The notes under the pieces: model-generated
What the model saw: the letters and a program-made list of their open reading frames with translations, nothing else
Told to the model about the DNA's origin: nothing
Databases searched by the model: none
Assembly: GCA_963770115.1 (NCBI GenBank)
Contig: CAVYOT010000008.1
Span: 35,717-99,716, forward strand
Direction: 5' to 3'
DNA length: 64,000 nt
Source: an uncultured Actinomycetota bacterium
Lineage (GTDB): Bacteria > Actinomycetota > Actinomycetes > Mycobacteriales > Pseudonocardiaceae
Part shown: positions 45,557 to 54,564 of the stretch, piece by piece
How positions within the stretch are numbered: position 1 is the first letter of the stretch
How the letters are laid out: the number at the start of each line of letters is the position of its first letter
Program-made: the position numbers and the translations under genes

Positions 45557-46263
45557 TCGCCGACCCCACCCCCGGTGATCACCGGCTCGGTGCGCATGCG
45601 GCCAGAGGTGGCCGCCTTCCGTGCCGAGCCGGTGATCAGGTGGGGCCGCGCCGTCTCGGCCGCGTTGGCCGCCGCCTCGACGCGGGCGACGTGCGCCGCC
45701 CAGAACGCCGCGTCCGTCGACGGCATGTTGTCACCGCTCTCCCGCAGGCCCGCAACGCCGTCGACAGTCTCCCGGAGGATGTCGGCGTGGCCCGCGTGCC
45801 GCGCGGTGTCGGCGAGCACGTGCACCAGGATGTGGTGCAGGGTCACCCTCGCCCGCTCGGCGGGCCAGTGCGGCACGCGCCCGAGGGCGGAGAGCGGCAG
45901 CGCCGCGACTGTCGCGTCGGCGTGCGCCCACGCCCGTTGGTAGAGCCCGACGATCTCCTCCCGCGACTCCTCGGGACGCACCCACAGGTCGGCGTTCGGG
46001 TCCGCGTCGAACACCGCGTCGTCGAGCCATGCAGGCGGGTCCGGGAACGGCCTGCCGAACGTCGGACCGAAGTAGCCGATCTCGACCCCGGCCAGGTGCT
46101 TCACGATGCCGAGCAGGTTCGTGCCCGTCGGCGTGCGGGGGCGGCGGACCTCGTACTCCGACAGGCCGTCGAGCTTGCCCACGAGGGCGGCCCGGGTCGA
46201 CCGGAGGTAGTCCAGCAGCCGTTCCTTCTCCGCCTCGTCAGCCACAGCCTGCGCCTGCGTCAC
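45553..46263 (-). CDS. DinB-family (DUF664-like) protein
   Basis: TPTGTNLLGIVKHLAGVE, ILVHVLADTARHAGHADILRE. Confidence 0.9.
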   Translation of the reverse strand: MTQAQAVADEAEKERLLDYLRSTRAALVGKLDGLSEYEVRRPRTPTGTNLLGIVKHLAGVEIGYFGPTFGRPFPDPPAWLDDAVFDADPNADLWVRPEESREEIVGLYQRAWAHADATVAALPLSALGRVPHWPAERARVTLHHILVHVLADTARHAGHADILRETVDGVAGLRESGDNMPSTDAAFWAAHVARVEAAANAAETARPHLITGSARKAATSGRMRTEPVITGGGVGD

Positions 46264-47381
46264 GAGGAGTGCTCCATCTCCTCCAGCGTGCGGTGGGTGT
46301 CGACCCCCTCGGCCTCCAGCCTCCGGTTGCGCAGCACGCTGGACAGGAACGCGGCGACGATGAACGCGACCCCGATCAGGCCGGTGACGATCTCGTCGAC
46401 GTGGTAGCCGATGCCGACCAGCAGGATCACCGACAGGGCGCCGATCGCCCAGTGCGCGCCGTGCTCGAGGTACACGTAGTCGGCCAGCGTGCCCTTGCGC
46501 ACCAGGAAGACCGTGAGCGACCGCACGAACATCGCGCCGATGAAACCGAGACCCAGCGCGATGAGGATCGGGTCGGTGGTGATGGCGAACGCGCCGATCA
46601 CGCCGTCGAACGAGAACGCGGCGTCCAGCACCTCCAGGTAGAGGAACAGGAAGAAGCCCGCTCTGCCGGTGGCCTTGGCCAGCCGTGAAGGGCCGGAACC
46701 GGAGCGGCCTGCCTCGGCGGCGCCCTCGTCGTCGTCCTGCTCACTCGCCTGGTCGAAGAACTCGCCCAGCCCGTTGACCAGCAGGTACGTCACCAGGCCC
46801 AGCGCTCCCGCCATGAGCACGACGTTGGGATCGGCGCCGAGCGTCTCGGACATCACCACGAGCACGACCAGCGCGATCACGATCGACAGCCGGGAGAGCT
46901 GCCCGATCTTCGCCAGCGGCTTCTCCAGCCAGGACAGCCATTTGATCTCGCGGTCCTCGAACAGCCAGTCCAGGAACAGCATGAGCAGGAACGTGCCGCC
47001 GAACGCGGCGATCTGCGGGTATGCGGCGTTCAGCAGGGCGGCGTAGCTCGTCGGGTCGCTGGCGGGCCGCTGTTCCAGCGCGAGCCGGAACGCCTCGACC
47101 GGGTTCAGGTGCGCCGTGACCCCGACGATGATCAGCGGGAAGACCAGCCGCATGCCGAACACGGCGATGAGCACGCCGATGGTGAGGAAGATGCGCTGCC
47201 AGAACGGGGACATCCGCTCCAGCACCGTGGCGTTGACCACGGCGTTGTCGAACGACAGTGAGATCTCGAGGATGCCGAGGATCGCGCAGAGGACGAGACC
47301 GGTGACCCCGCCATAGAGGAACGCAACGAGCAGCGCCACCGCCGTGACCGCGTAGGAGAGGCCGAATATCCGAAGGTTCAT
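46260..47381 (-). CDS. DUF475 / TerC-like integral membrane protein
   Basis: LEISLSFDNAVVNA, VFGMRLVFP, YLEVLDAAFSFDGVIGAFA, YLEHGAHWAI. Confidence 0.92.
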   Translation of the reverse strand: MNLRIFGLSYAVTAVALLVAFLYGGVTGLVLCAILGILEISLSFDNAVVNATVLERMSPFWQRIFLTIGVLIAVFGMRLVFPLIIVGVTAHLNPVEAFRLALEQRPASDPTSYAALLNAAYPQIAAFGGTFLLMLFLDWLFEDREIKWLSWLEKPLAKIGQLSRLSIVIALVVLVVMSETLGADPNVVLMAGALGLVTYLLVNGLGEFFDQASEQDDDEGAAEAGRSGSGPSRLAKATGRAGFFLFLYLEVLDAAFSFDGVIGAFAITTDPILIALGLGFIGAMFVRSLTVFLVRKGTLADYVYLEHGAHWAIGALSVILLVGIGYHVDEIVTGLIGVAFIVAAFLSSVLRNRRLEAEGVDTHRTLEEMEHSS

Positions 47382-47461
47382 GTCCCTGTTTCTGGTCGCC
47401 TGTACGGATCGCTGGGTGGATCGATGTCCAGTGTGCCCGGATTCGGAGGTTTGGGTGGTGA

Positions 47462-49783
47462 TCACCCTCCGTCGGAGCGCCCCTCTGCCGACCGTACGCC
47501 GCCCGACGCAGCGCTGACCGAGTACACAGGCACGACGCCCGCCGGCGCACCGCCGTCCTGCATGCGGGTGGTGCGGGTGCGGCCGATCACCCGCCAGCGG
47601 TCCCCGCCGAGCCGCCGCACCCGGTACTCGACCGCTCCCGCCGAGGCCACCGGGGTCCACGTCACCTCGACCGTGCCGTCGCCCGCCCGCACCGCGAGGA
47701 CGCCCGTGGGCGCCGCGAGCACCGGCGCGGTGGTGGTCGTCGGGCCCATCGCGGTTGCCCGGCCGGAACGGTCCGCGCCGCGCCGCTCCGGGACCGCGTC
47801 AGACCGGGTCTCGGTCGAGGTGCGGCCCGACTGGATCGCGGACACCGCGTAGATCGGCGCCTCGACGCCCGGAGGGGCGCCGCCGTCCTCGATCGAGCTG
47901 TCGGGCACCCGTCCGATCACCTGCCACGTGCCGTCGGGCTGCATGCGGCGCACCCGGTAGGTGACGCCCCCGATGGTCGAGGGCGCCCAGAGCACCATGA
48001 CGTCGCCCCGATCGTCACGGGCGGCGCTGACCCACGCGGGCGCTTCCGGCCCGACGGCGATGAGCGCCTCGAGCGCGTCGCGGGCCCCGGCGTGGTCGCG
48101 GCACTCGGCGAGCACGGCCCGCAGCGCGGCCGCGCGCTCCGCAGGCGCTCCGGCCTGCGCCGCCGCGACACGCCCGTCGGCCCGCGCGACGGCCGCACGG
48201 GCCTGCGTCCGGCGCTCCTCCAGGTCCGGGACGGCATCGGCGGCCGTCCGCGCGAGGTGGTCGAGGTCGTCGAGGGCGGCCACCCAGCGCCGCTGGGCCG
48301 CCGCCTGCGCCGCCGCGGCCCCCCGACGGTCCGCCTCGGCGAGCACGGCGTCGACCTCGTCCGAGAGGGCCCGCGCCTGCCCGGTCGCGCTGCGCCCGAC
48401 AGCTGCATCGAGGGCGGCGTCGAGGGCGGCGTCCACCAGCCGTCGGGCCTCTCGTGGCCTGCCCGCGCGCAACGCCGCCCGCGCCTGCCGGATCAAGTCG
48501 GCGCCTGGCGCCGCGCCCGCGCGGCCCCGGTCCGGCTCCGCGGCCTCCGCACCACCACGGCGGCCCCCCGCGCCGCGCGCGTCCGTCCCCGCTCCACCAA
48601 AGCGGTCCCGGTCGCCCGGCGCGTCCGTCCCCGCTCCACCGGGACGGTCCCGGTCGCCCGGCGTGCTCGTCCCCGCTCCACCGGGCCGGTCCCCGCCGCC
48701 CGGCGCGTCCGTTCGCGCTCCGCCCGGTCGATCCGTGGACCCACCGCCCCTCGATGGCGACCTGCCTGCCGTCGGGGCGGCGGACCCGCCGCCCGACGCG
48801 CGGGCCGTTCCGGAATCGCCGCCGCCCGCCCCGGCCACCGGCTCCACCGCGGCGCCGAGCTCGGCCGCCAGCGCGGCGATGACCGCGGTGGCGCGGCGCT
48901 CGTCGAGCCCCCGGTCGGCCGCCTCGGCGAGCAGGTGGGCGTGGTCCTCGGCGACCAGCCGGTCCTCGACCAGCACCGCCGCGCGCACCCGCGGCCGCAG
49001 ATAGTCGGTGACGTCGGCGGCCACCGCGTCGAGGTAGGCCGCCACCGCGGCGGGGCCGGGCGCGATCAGGTCGGCGACGTGCACGAGCAGCTCGTCGACG
49101 ACCGCACGGAGCCGTCCGGCGGGCAGCTCGCGCGCCCGCGTGCGCCAGGCCGCGTGCCCGGCCGTCACCTGCTGCTCGGTCGCGGACGGCGTGAGCCCCA
49201 GGAGGGCGAGCAGCGTCGGCGGCGACGGCGCCGAGGTCAGCCTGCCGAACTCGGCGAGCAGCGCCTGGATCTGCCGCCGCCGCTCGACCCCGATCGCGGG
49301 CCCGAGAAGCCGGTGGCGGCGCACCCGGGTGGCCACCTCGTCGGCGGTGAGGCCGCCGAGCGCGCCGACCTCCTCCAGCCCGGCGATCTTGTCCCGCGGC
49401 ACCCCGCCGTGGCGTTGCACGAGCCGCTCGATGGCCGCGTCCAGCAGCGCGTAGCGCTGCGCCTCGCGCTCCGCCCGCCGGGCGCGGGCCTGGGTCGCCG
49501 CCGCACGGCGCGTGGGGGCGTCGAGCAGTTCGGCGCTGCGTTCGGCGTGGGTCTCGACCAGCAGGGAGACGAGCGCGCGGTAGCGGGGGTGGTCGCGTTG
49601 GCGCTGCCAGAAGGCCCACACCTCGGCCACGCGCGCGGCGACCGTCGCGTCGTCCAGCTCGGCGTCGAGCGGCAGGTCGTAGAGCTCGAACGGGTCCGAT
49701 GCGTCCGGGCCGCCCCGGCGCTCGACGGCGGCCAGCACCCGCTTGCGGTAGCTGTTGGGATCGAACGACGGCAGCTCAGTCAT
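47462..49783 (-). CDS. Multidomain protein: two degenerate J-like domains, Gly-rich repeat linker, helical TPR-like region, two FN3-like domains
   Basis: DPFELYDL...WQRQRDHPRY; TLLALLGLTPSATEQQV; C-terminal AP..V.A..DG.V.V.W....YRVRR....W..IG......D......Y.V.A occurring twice. Confidence 0.7.
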   Translation of the reverse strand: MTELPSFDPNSYRKRVLAAVERRGGPDASDPFELYDLPLDAELDDATVAARVAEVWAFWQRQRDHPRYRALVSLLVETHAERSAELLDAPTRRAAATQARARRAEREAQRYALLDAAIERLVQRHGGVPRDKIAGLEEVGALGGLTADEVATRVRRHRLLGPAIGVERRRQIQALLAEFGRLTSAPSPPTLLALLGLTPSATEQQVTAGHAAWRTRARELPAGRLRAVVDELLVHVADLIAPGPAAVAAYLDAVAADVTDYLRPRVRAAVLVEDRLVAEDHAHLLAEAADRGLDERRATAVIAALAAELGAAVEPVAGAGGGDSGTARASGGGSAAPTAGRSPSRGGGSTDRPGGARTDAPGGGDRPGGAGTSTPGDRDRPGGAGTDAPGDRDRFGGAGTDARGAGGRRGGAEAAEPDRGRAGAAPGADLIRQARAALRAGRPREARRLVDAALDAALDAAVGRSATGQARALSDEVDAVLAEADRRGAAAAQAAAQRRWVAALDDLDHLARTAADAVPDLEERRTQARAAVARADGRVAAAQAGAPAERAAALRAVLAECRDHAGARDALEALIAVGPEAPAWVSAARDDRGDVMVLWAPSTIGGVTYRVRRMQPDGTWQVIGRVPDSSIEDGGAPPGVEAPIYAVSAIQSGRTSTETRSDAVPERRGADRSGRATAMGPTTTTAPVLAAPTGVLAVRAGDGTVEVTWTPVASAGAVEYRVRRLGGDRWRVIGRTRTTRMQDGGAPAGVVPVYSVSAASGGVRSAEGRSDGG
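48560..48735. repeat. 42-bp coding tandem repeat (~4 copies)
   Basis: GCGTCCGTCCCCGCTCCACC...CGGTCCCGGTCGCCCGGC; encodes variants of DRPGGAGTDAPGDR. Confidence 0.85.
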
Positions 49784-49827
49784 CGCGGCTCACGCGGATC
49801 GATGACTCGTTCGCAGGCGCACGCGGC

Positions 49828-51510
49828 TCACTCACGGCGGCGCTGCTTCCCCAGCTGGTCGCGCTCGCGGGCGACCTCTGCCTGCGAGAGCGTGGCGCCG
49901 GTGGTGGCGGTGAGGACGAGCGGGAGCCCGGCGTCGACGTGGAACGCGGTGACGTGCAGGACGCCGTCGAACCCCATCTCGAACGTCACCCGCACCTCGC
50001 TGCCCTCACCGTAGCCGGGCGGGATCCCGGTGATCTCCCCGGCGATGAGCACCTTGGCGTCCTGCGCCCTGGCGGACTCGGCCTGGCCCTGCTGCTCGAC
50101 GACCGTGACCTCGATGACGCGCTGGTCGGCCCGCACCGTGCCGAACGAGCGGCTCGTGCGGATCGGGAGCCGGTCGTTGCGGTGCACCAGCCAGCTCACC
50201 TCCAGGCGGCCGAGCTGGGCGTTCACCGCGAGCACCCCGAAGCCGCGGGACACGACGGTGTCGACACGGATCTCCACGGCCCGCCGCACCTGGGCCAGCG
50301 CCACCCCGAAGGCGTCGGCGACGCGGCGGCACGCGTCGTCGAGGTCGGTGGGGGCGGCGTCGTCGAGCGGTTCGCCGTCGCGCAGCCGACCCCGCGAGCG
50401 CAGGTCGGCCACGACCATCCGCTCCAGCTCCGTCTTCTCGCCGTAGATCGCGGCGCCGCGGGCGACGGCCAGCTCCGGGTCGTGCAGCTGGGGGTCCAGG
50501 TCCAGCTCCCGGCGCAGCATCTCGGCCACGGCCTGCATCCGCGACGAGCCGCCGACGAGCAGCACACGGTCCACGTCGGACACGCCGCGGCGGGCGGCCT
50601 CGTCGAGGCAGGCGCGGGTGAGCTCGAGGGTGCGGCGCAGCAGGGGGGCGGTCATGTCCTCCAGCTCGGCGCGCGAGAGCGTGACGGTGGAGCGCGCGCC
50701 GTCGTGGGTGACCACCACCTCGGTGCGCTCGGCGTCGGTGAGCTGGTGCTTCGCTCGCTCGGCGGCCAGCACGAGGGCCTGTGACCCCGCGGAGTCGTCG
50801 AGCGGGTCCTCGGCGTCGGGGTTGTCCGCGCAGAAGCGGCGCGAGAGGTGCAGGGCGATGCGCTCGTCCCAGTCGGCGCCGCCGAGCTGGTGATCGCCCT
50901 CCACGGCGAGCACGGAGATGCGCCGGTCGGCCAGCTCGATCACGGTGGCGTCGAACGTTCCGCCGCCGAGGTCGTAGACCAGCACCGTCTCGCTGGGCCC
51001 CGGCTTCGTGAGGTCGGGAGCTCCGTCGAGGCGGCCGAAGCCGTAGGCCAGCGCGGCGGCGATCGGCTCGGAGAGCACCTCGACGACGTCGAGGTTCGCG
51101 TAGGTGCCCGCCAGCACGGTGGCGCGCCGCTCCTCGTCGCCGAAGTACGCAGGCACGGTGATGACGGCGGCCGTGGGCTCCTCGCCGGTGGCGAAGGCGG
51201 CGTCGGCGACGAGGCTCTTGAGGATCAGCGAGGAGACCGCGGGCGCGGACCACGCCGAGCCGTGCGCCACGAACCGCCATTCGGCGTCGCCCATCCGGCG
51301 TTTGACGAGCGCGCAGACGTGCTCGGGGTCCAGGAGGGCCTCGCGCCGCGCCCCTTCCCCGACGACGTACTCCTGCGGGCCCGCGAAAAGCACGACCGAA
51401 GGGGTGGTGGGCGCGCCGGAGAGCCCGGCGAGCACCTCCGGGCGCCCGTCCTTGCCGACGCAGGCGATCGCGGAGTTCGTGGTGCCGAGGTCGATTCCGT
51501 GAACGGCCAC
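49828..51510 (-). CDS. Atypical Hsp70-family chaperone (not the housekeeping DnaK)
   Basis: GIDLGTTNS, TPSVV, ITVPAYF, EPIAAALAYG, VYDLGGGTFD, LGGADWD, LVGGSSRM, AVARGAA; ~560 aa, short lid. Confidence 0.93.
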   Translation of the reverse strand: MAVHGIDLGTTNSAIACVGKDGRPEVLAGLSGAPTTPSVVLFAGPQEYVVGEGARREALLDPEHVCALVKRRMGDAEWRFVAHGSAWSAPAVSSLILKSLVADAAFATGEEPTAAVITVPAYFGDEERRATVLAGTYANLDVVEVLSEPIAAALAYGFGRLDGAPDLTKPGPSETVLVYDLGGGTFDATVIELADRRISVLAVEGDHQLGGADWDERIALHLSRRFCADNPDAEDPLDDSAGSQALVLAAERAKHQLTDAERTEVVVTHDGARSTVTLSRAELEDMTAPLLRRTLELTRACLDEAARRGVSDVDRVLLVGGSSRMQAVAEMLRRELDLDPQLHDPELAVARGAAIYGEKTELERMVVADLRSRGRLRDGEPLDDAAPTDLDDACRRVADAFGVALAQVRRAVEIRVDTVVSRGFGVLAVNAQLGRLEVSWLVHRNDRLPIRTSRSFGTVRADQRVIEVTVVEQQGQAESARAQDAKVLIAGEITGIPPGYGEGSEVRVTFEMGFDGVLHVTAFHVDAGLPLVLTATTGATLSQAEVARERDQLGKQRRRE

Positions 51511-51536
51511 GGCCGGAGCGTAGCTAGTGTCGCGGT
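51511..51536. promoter_or_regulatory. Back-to-back leaderless promoters for hsp70 and the grpE-like gene
   Basis: + strand TAGTGT-N6-ATG(51537); - strand TACGCT-N6-GTG(51510). Confidence 0.6.
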
Positions 51537-51980
51537 ATGGGCGAGGTGACCCTGCAGGACGTCGCGGACCGGGTGGACGACGTGGCGCGCGCGCTGGCGC
51601 GGCAGGCGGTGACGCTGGGCGCGATCGGCGACGCCCGGCACGCCGACGCGGCCCCGGACGTGCCCCTTCTGGTGGAGCTGCACGCGCTCCGCGTCGACAC
51701 CCTGGCCTGCGCCGACACCGCACGCTCGCATCGGGAACGGGATGCGTTCGCGGCGATCGCCGCGGGGCTGGAGCGCCTGATCGCCGGGCGCGGTGGCACG
51801 GTGGTGGCGCCGGGTGCCGGGGCCGCGTTCGACGCCCGCACGATGGAGGTGGCCGAGGTCACGCCCACCGACGACGCGCCGGCGGACCGCACGGTGTCCG
51901 TGCTGCTGGAGCCGGGGCTCTCGGTCGGGCCGCGCTCGATCCGGCCTGCGCGGGTGGTGGTGCACCGCCTGCGCGCGTGA
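51537..51980 (+). CDS. GrpE-like nucleotide exchange factor (short)
   Basis: Helical N-part, then GAAFDARTMEV...TVSVLLEPGL....IRPARVVV, matching the GrpE head pattern G..FDP..HEA...G......RPA.V.V. Confidence 0.75.
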   Translation: MGEVTLQDVADRVDDVARALARQAVTLGAIGDARHADAAPDVPLLVELHALRVDTLACADTARSHRERDAFAAIAAGLERLIAGRGGTVVAPGAGAAFDARTMEVAEVTPTDDAPADRTVSVLLEPGLSVGPRSIRPARVVVHRLRA

Positions 51981-52025
51981 CCGCCGGAGCCTGCGGGCCG
52001 CGGCACGCGGTGGCAGGGTCGGCGG

Positions 52026-52406
52026 ATGGACCATCCACGCATGCACCTGTCCGGCGTCGTCCTCGACTGCGCCGATCCGCCCGCGCTCGCCCGGTTCTAC
52101 GAGGACCTGCTGGGATGGAAGCGGATCCAGGACGAACCGACGTGGGTCAAGCTCGGGAGCCCCGACGGCGGAGCGGGGTTGTCGTTCCAGCTCCAGGAGG
52201 GGTACGTCGCGCCGACCTGGCCCGCCGCCACGGACGAACAGCAGATCCAGGTGCACCTCGACGTGCACGTCGACGACCTGGACGCCGCGGGCGCGTATGC
52301 CGTGTCAGTTGGCGCCCGGATCGCCGACTTCCAACCCCAGGACGACGTCCGGGTCTACTTCGACCCGGTGGGCCACCCGTTCTGCCTCTTCCTGCACGAG
52401 GGCTGA
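52026..52406 (+). CDS. VOC/glyoxalase family protein
   Basis: VVLDCADPPALARFY..LLGW, VHLDVHV, DPVGHPFC. Confidence 0.9.
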   Translation: MDHPRMHLSGVVLDCADPPALARFYEDLLGWKRIQDEPTWVKLGSPDGGAGLSFQLQEGYVAPTWPAATDEQQIQVHLDVHVDDLDAAGAYAVSVGARIADFQPQDDVRVYFDPVGHPFCLFLHEG

Positions 52407-52407
52407 G

Positions 52408-53157
52408 TCAGCCGACCTCGGCCATGACCTCGTCGGAGACGTCGAAGTTGGCGTAGACGTTCTGCACCTCGTCGCTGTCCTCGAGCGCGTCGATGAGGCG
52501 GAAGACCTTGCGGGCGGCCTCGGCGTCGAGCGGCACCTGCATCGAGGGGATGAACGTCGGGTCGGCCGAGTCGTAGTCGATGCCCGCCTCGACCAACGCG
52601 GTGCGGACGGCGACGAGGTCGGTGGCCTCGGAGACGACCTCGAAGCTGTCGCCCAGGTCGTTGACCTCCTCCGCGCCCGCGTCGAGCACGGCCATCAGCA
52701 CGTCGTCCTCGGAGAGGTCGTTCTTGGGGACGATCACGACGCCCTTGCGGGTGAACAGGTAGGACACCGAGCCGGGATCGGCCATGGTGCCGCCGTTGCG
52801 GGTCATCGCGAGCCGGACCTCGGTGGCGGCGCGGTTGCGGTTGTCGGTGAGACACTCGATCAGCACCGCGACACCACCCGGGCCGTAGCCCTCGTAGGTG
52901 ATCGTCTGGTAGTCGGCGCCGCCCGCATCGGCCCCCGAGCCGCGCTTGACAGCGCGGTCGATGTTGTCGTTGGGCACCGAGCTCTTCTTGGCCTTCTGGA
53001 TGGCGTCGAACAGCGTCGGGTTGCCGTCGGGATCAGCGCCGCCCGTGCGGGCGGCCACCTCGATGTTCTTGATCAGCTTCGCGAACATCTTGCCCCGGCG
53101 GGCGTCGATGACGGCCTTCTTGTGCTTGGTCGTCGCCCACTTGGAGTGCCCGCTCAT
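52408..53157 (-). CDS. yebC: YebC/PmpR family protein
   Basis: [35 protein letters not shown]. Confidence 0.96.
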   Translation of the reverse strand: MSGHSKWATTKHKKAVIDARRGKMFAKLIKNIEVAARTGGADPDGNPTLFDAIQKAKKSSVPNDNIDRAVKRGSGADAGGADYQTITYEGYGPGGVAVLIECLTDNRNRAATEVRLAMTRNGGTMADPGSVSYLFTRKGVVIVPKNDLSEDDVLMAVLDAGAEEVNDLGDSFEVVSEATDLVAVRTALVEAGIDYDSADPTFIPSMQVPLDAEAARKVFRLIDALEDSDEVQNVYANFDVSDEVMAEVG

Positions 53158-53267
53158 GCCCGTCCTTTCCACCACCGCGATCCGGTCCATGCTACCGACG
53201 GTGCAGGCGGCGGGCGGGGCGGGCGCGTGCCGTCCACGGTTTCGTCCGCGCGGCCGTCCGCGGTCGT

Positions 53268-53319
53268 GCAGTAGCGGTGACGCCGATACGACTCAATCGG
53301 AGGAATGTCACCCTGCTGC
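53268..53319. repeat. ~52-bp palindromic REP-like element, copy 2
   Basis: GCAGTAGCGGTGAC...ACTCAATCGGAGGA...TGTCACCCTGCTGC. Confidence 0.75.
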
Positions 53320-54479
53320 AAACACGGGGCGGGGCTGGCAACACCAGGGACCACACCGGGGCCGCGACCGGGCACACCACCACGTCGCCGAGCTGGATCC
53401 GGCCGAGCTCGGACTCGTCGCGGACGATGCGCACCGGCCCGGTGTAGCGCCCCGGCACCGCCGGGATGCCCGCCACCGCCGTCGGGGACGCATCCCGGTT
53501 CGACGACTCGGGCGCCAGGATCGACTCGACCGACCACATCATGGCGCGCATCGCGAACTGCGCCTCGGGCGGAAGCGAGCCGAGCGCGGGCGGCGGCGCG
53601 GGACGGCGGCCGTAGGTCACCGGTGCGGGATGCCTCTCGATCCAGGCGTGCGCGCCCTTGGCCCTGGCCACCGACTGCGCGATCTCGGCCCGCATCGCGG
53701 TCGCGTCCGCCGGAGTCGCGCGTGGGGACGTGGCCCGCAGCGCGGCGGTCGCGCGGGGCAGGGTCAGCCAGAACACGTCGTCGCGGCGCTCGAGCACCTT
53801 CCGCTCGGCAAGCCGTACGCCGTGCTCGAGCACGGCGCGGCGCGTCCGTCGTCCAGGGCCCATTCGACGTCCTGCGGCCCACCCAGGCGCCGTTCGACAC
53901 GCCCGGCGAGCTCCGCGACGGCCAGCACCGTGGCGGCGTCGACGGTGTCGTGCGGCGATCGTCGGCAGGTGGCCACGGCCCCCGTGCACCAGCCACTCGT
54001 CGGGCAGCGCCGCGTCGCCTGCACCCGGCGGCCCCGGCACCGCATTGACCAGCACCGCCCGGTCGGACGCGAACGCCACCCCGGCGGCCGTCGCGCGCAC
54101 CCTCCGCTGGACGAGCACGGCCACCGGTGCGTGTCCCTGGGCTGTGGGACCGGGCGACCGGTCCCCCGCGGCCCAGCAGGAGCGGACCGCCGCGACCAAC
54201 CCGTCGGCGTCGACGTCGAGCACGGCATCCGAGGCCGGGAACCTCACCGACCGTCGACGCCCGCACCGCGTACCGGCCGCTCCCGATCATCGCGGTGACG
54301 TCGCCGAGCAGCGCGCCGAGGTCCGCGTCGGACAGCTCGGCGGCGGCCGGGATGAAAACCGCCCCGTCGGGCACGGGCATGCCGTCAGCGGCGAGCTCCC
54401 CCAGCACGGCCGCGGCCTGACCGACGACCCCGGCGTCGCCGATGCCGCACTGCTTGAGCGGGATCAGGGCGGTCGCCAT
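53320..54479 (-). pseudogene. Decayed PEP-utilising enzyme (PEP synthase / rifampin phosphotransferase-like)
   Basis: PVPDG, YAVRAS, AVRSCWA, AVLVQ, QDVEWA, DDVFWLT, PGRYTGPVRIV..GDVVVCP; frameshifts, large internal deletion, cut off before the phospho-His motif. Confidence 0.75.
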
Positions 54480-54564
54480 GGTGCACGATTGTGGGCACGC
54501 GGGGCGCGTGACACCATCCGCTGTGCACCGCATCCGCAGGTGCGCCACCCGCACCCGGACGGCG

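Noticed and set aside
47382-47461. yybP-ykoY (Mn) riboswitch upstream of the TerC-like DUF475 gene
   Set aside because: Only 80 bp, and the conserved GGGGAGUA core is not visible
49828-51510. Housekeeping dnaK
   Set aside because: No dnaK-grpE-dnaJ-hspR operon, canonical linker missing and lid truncated
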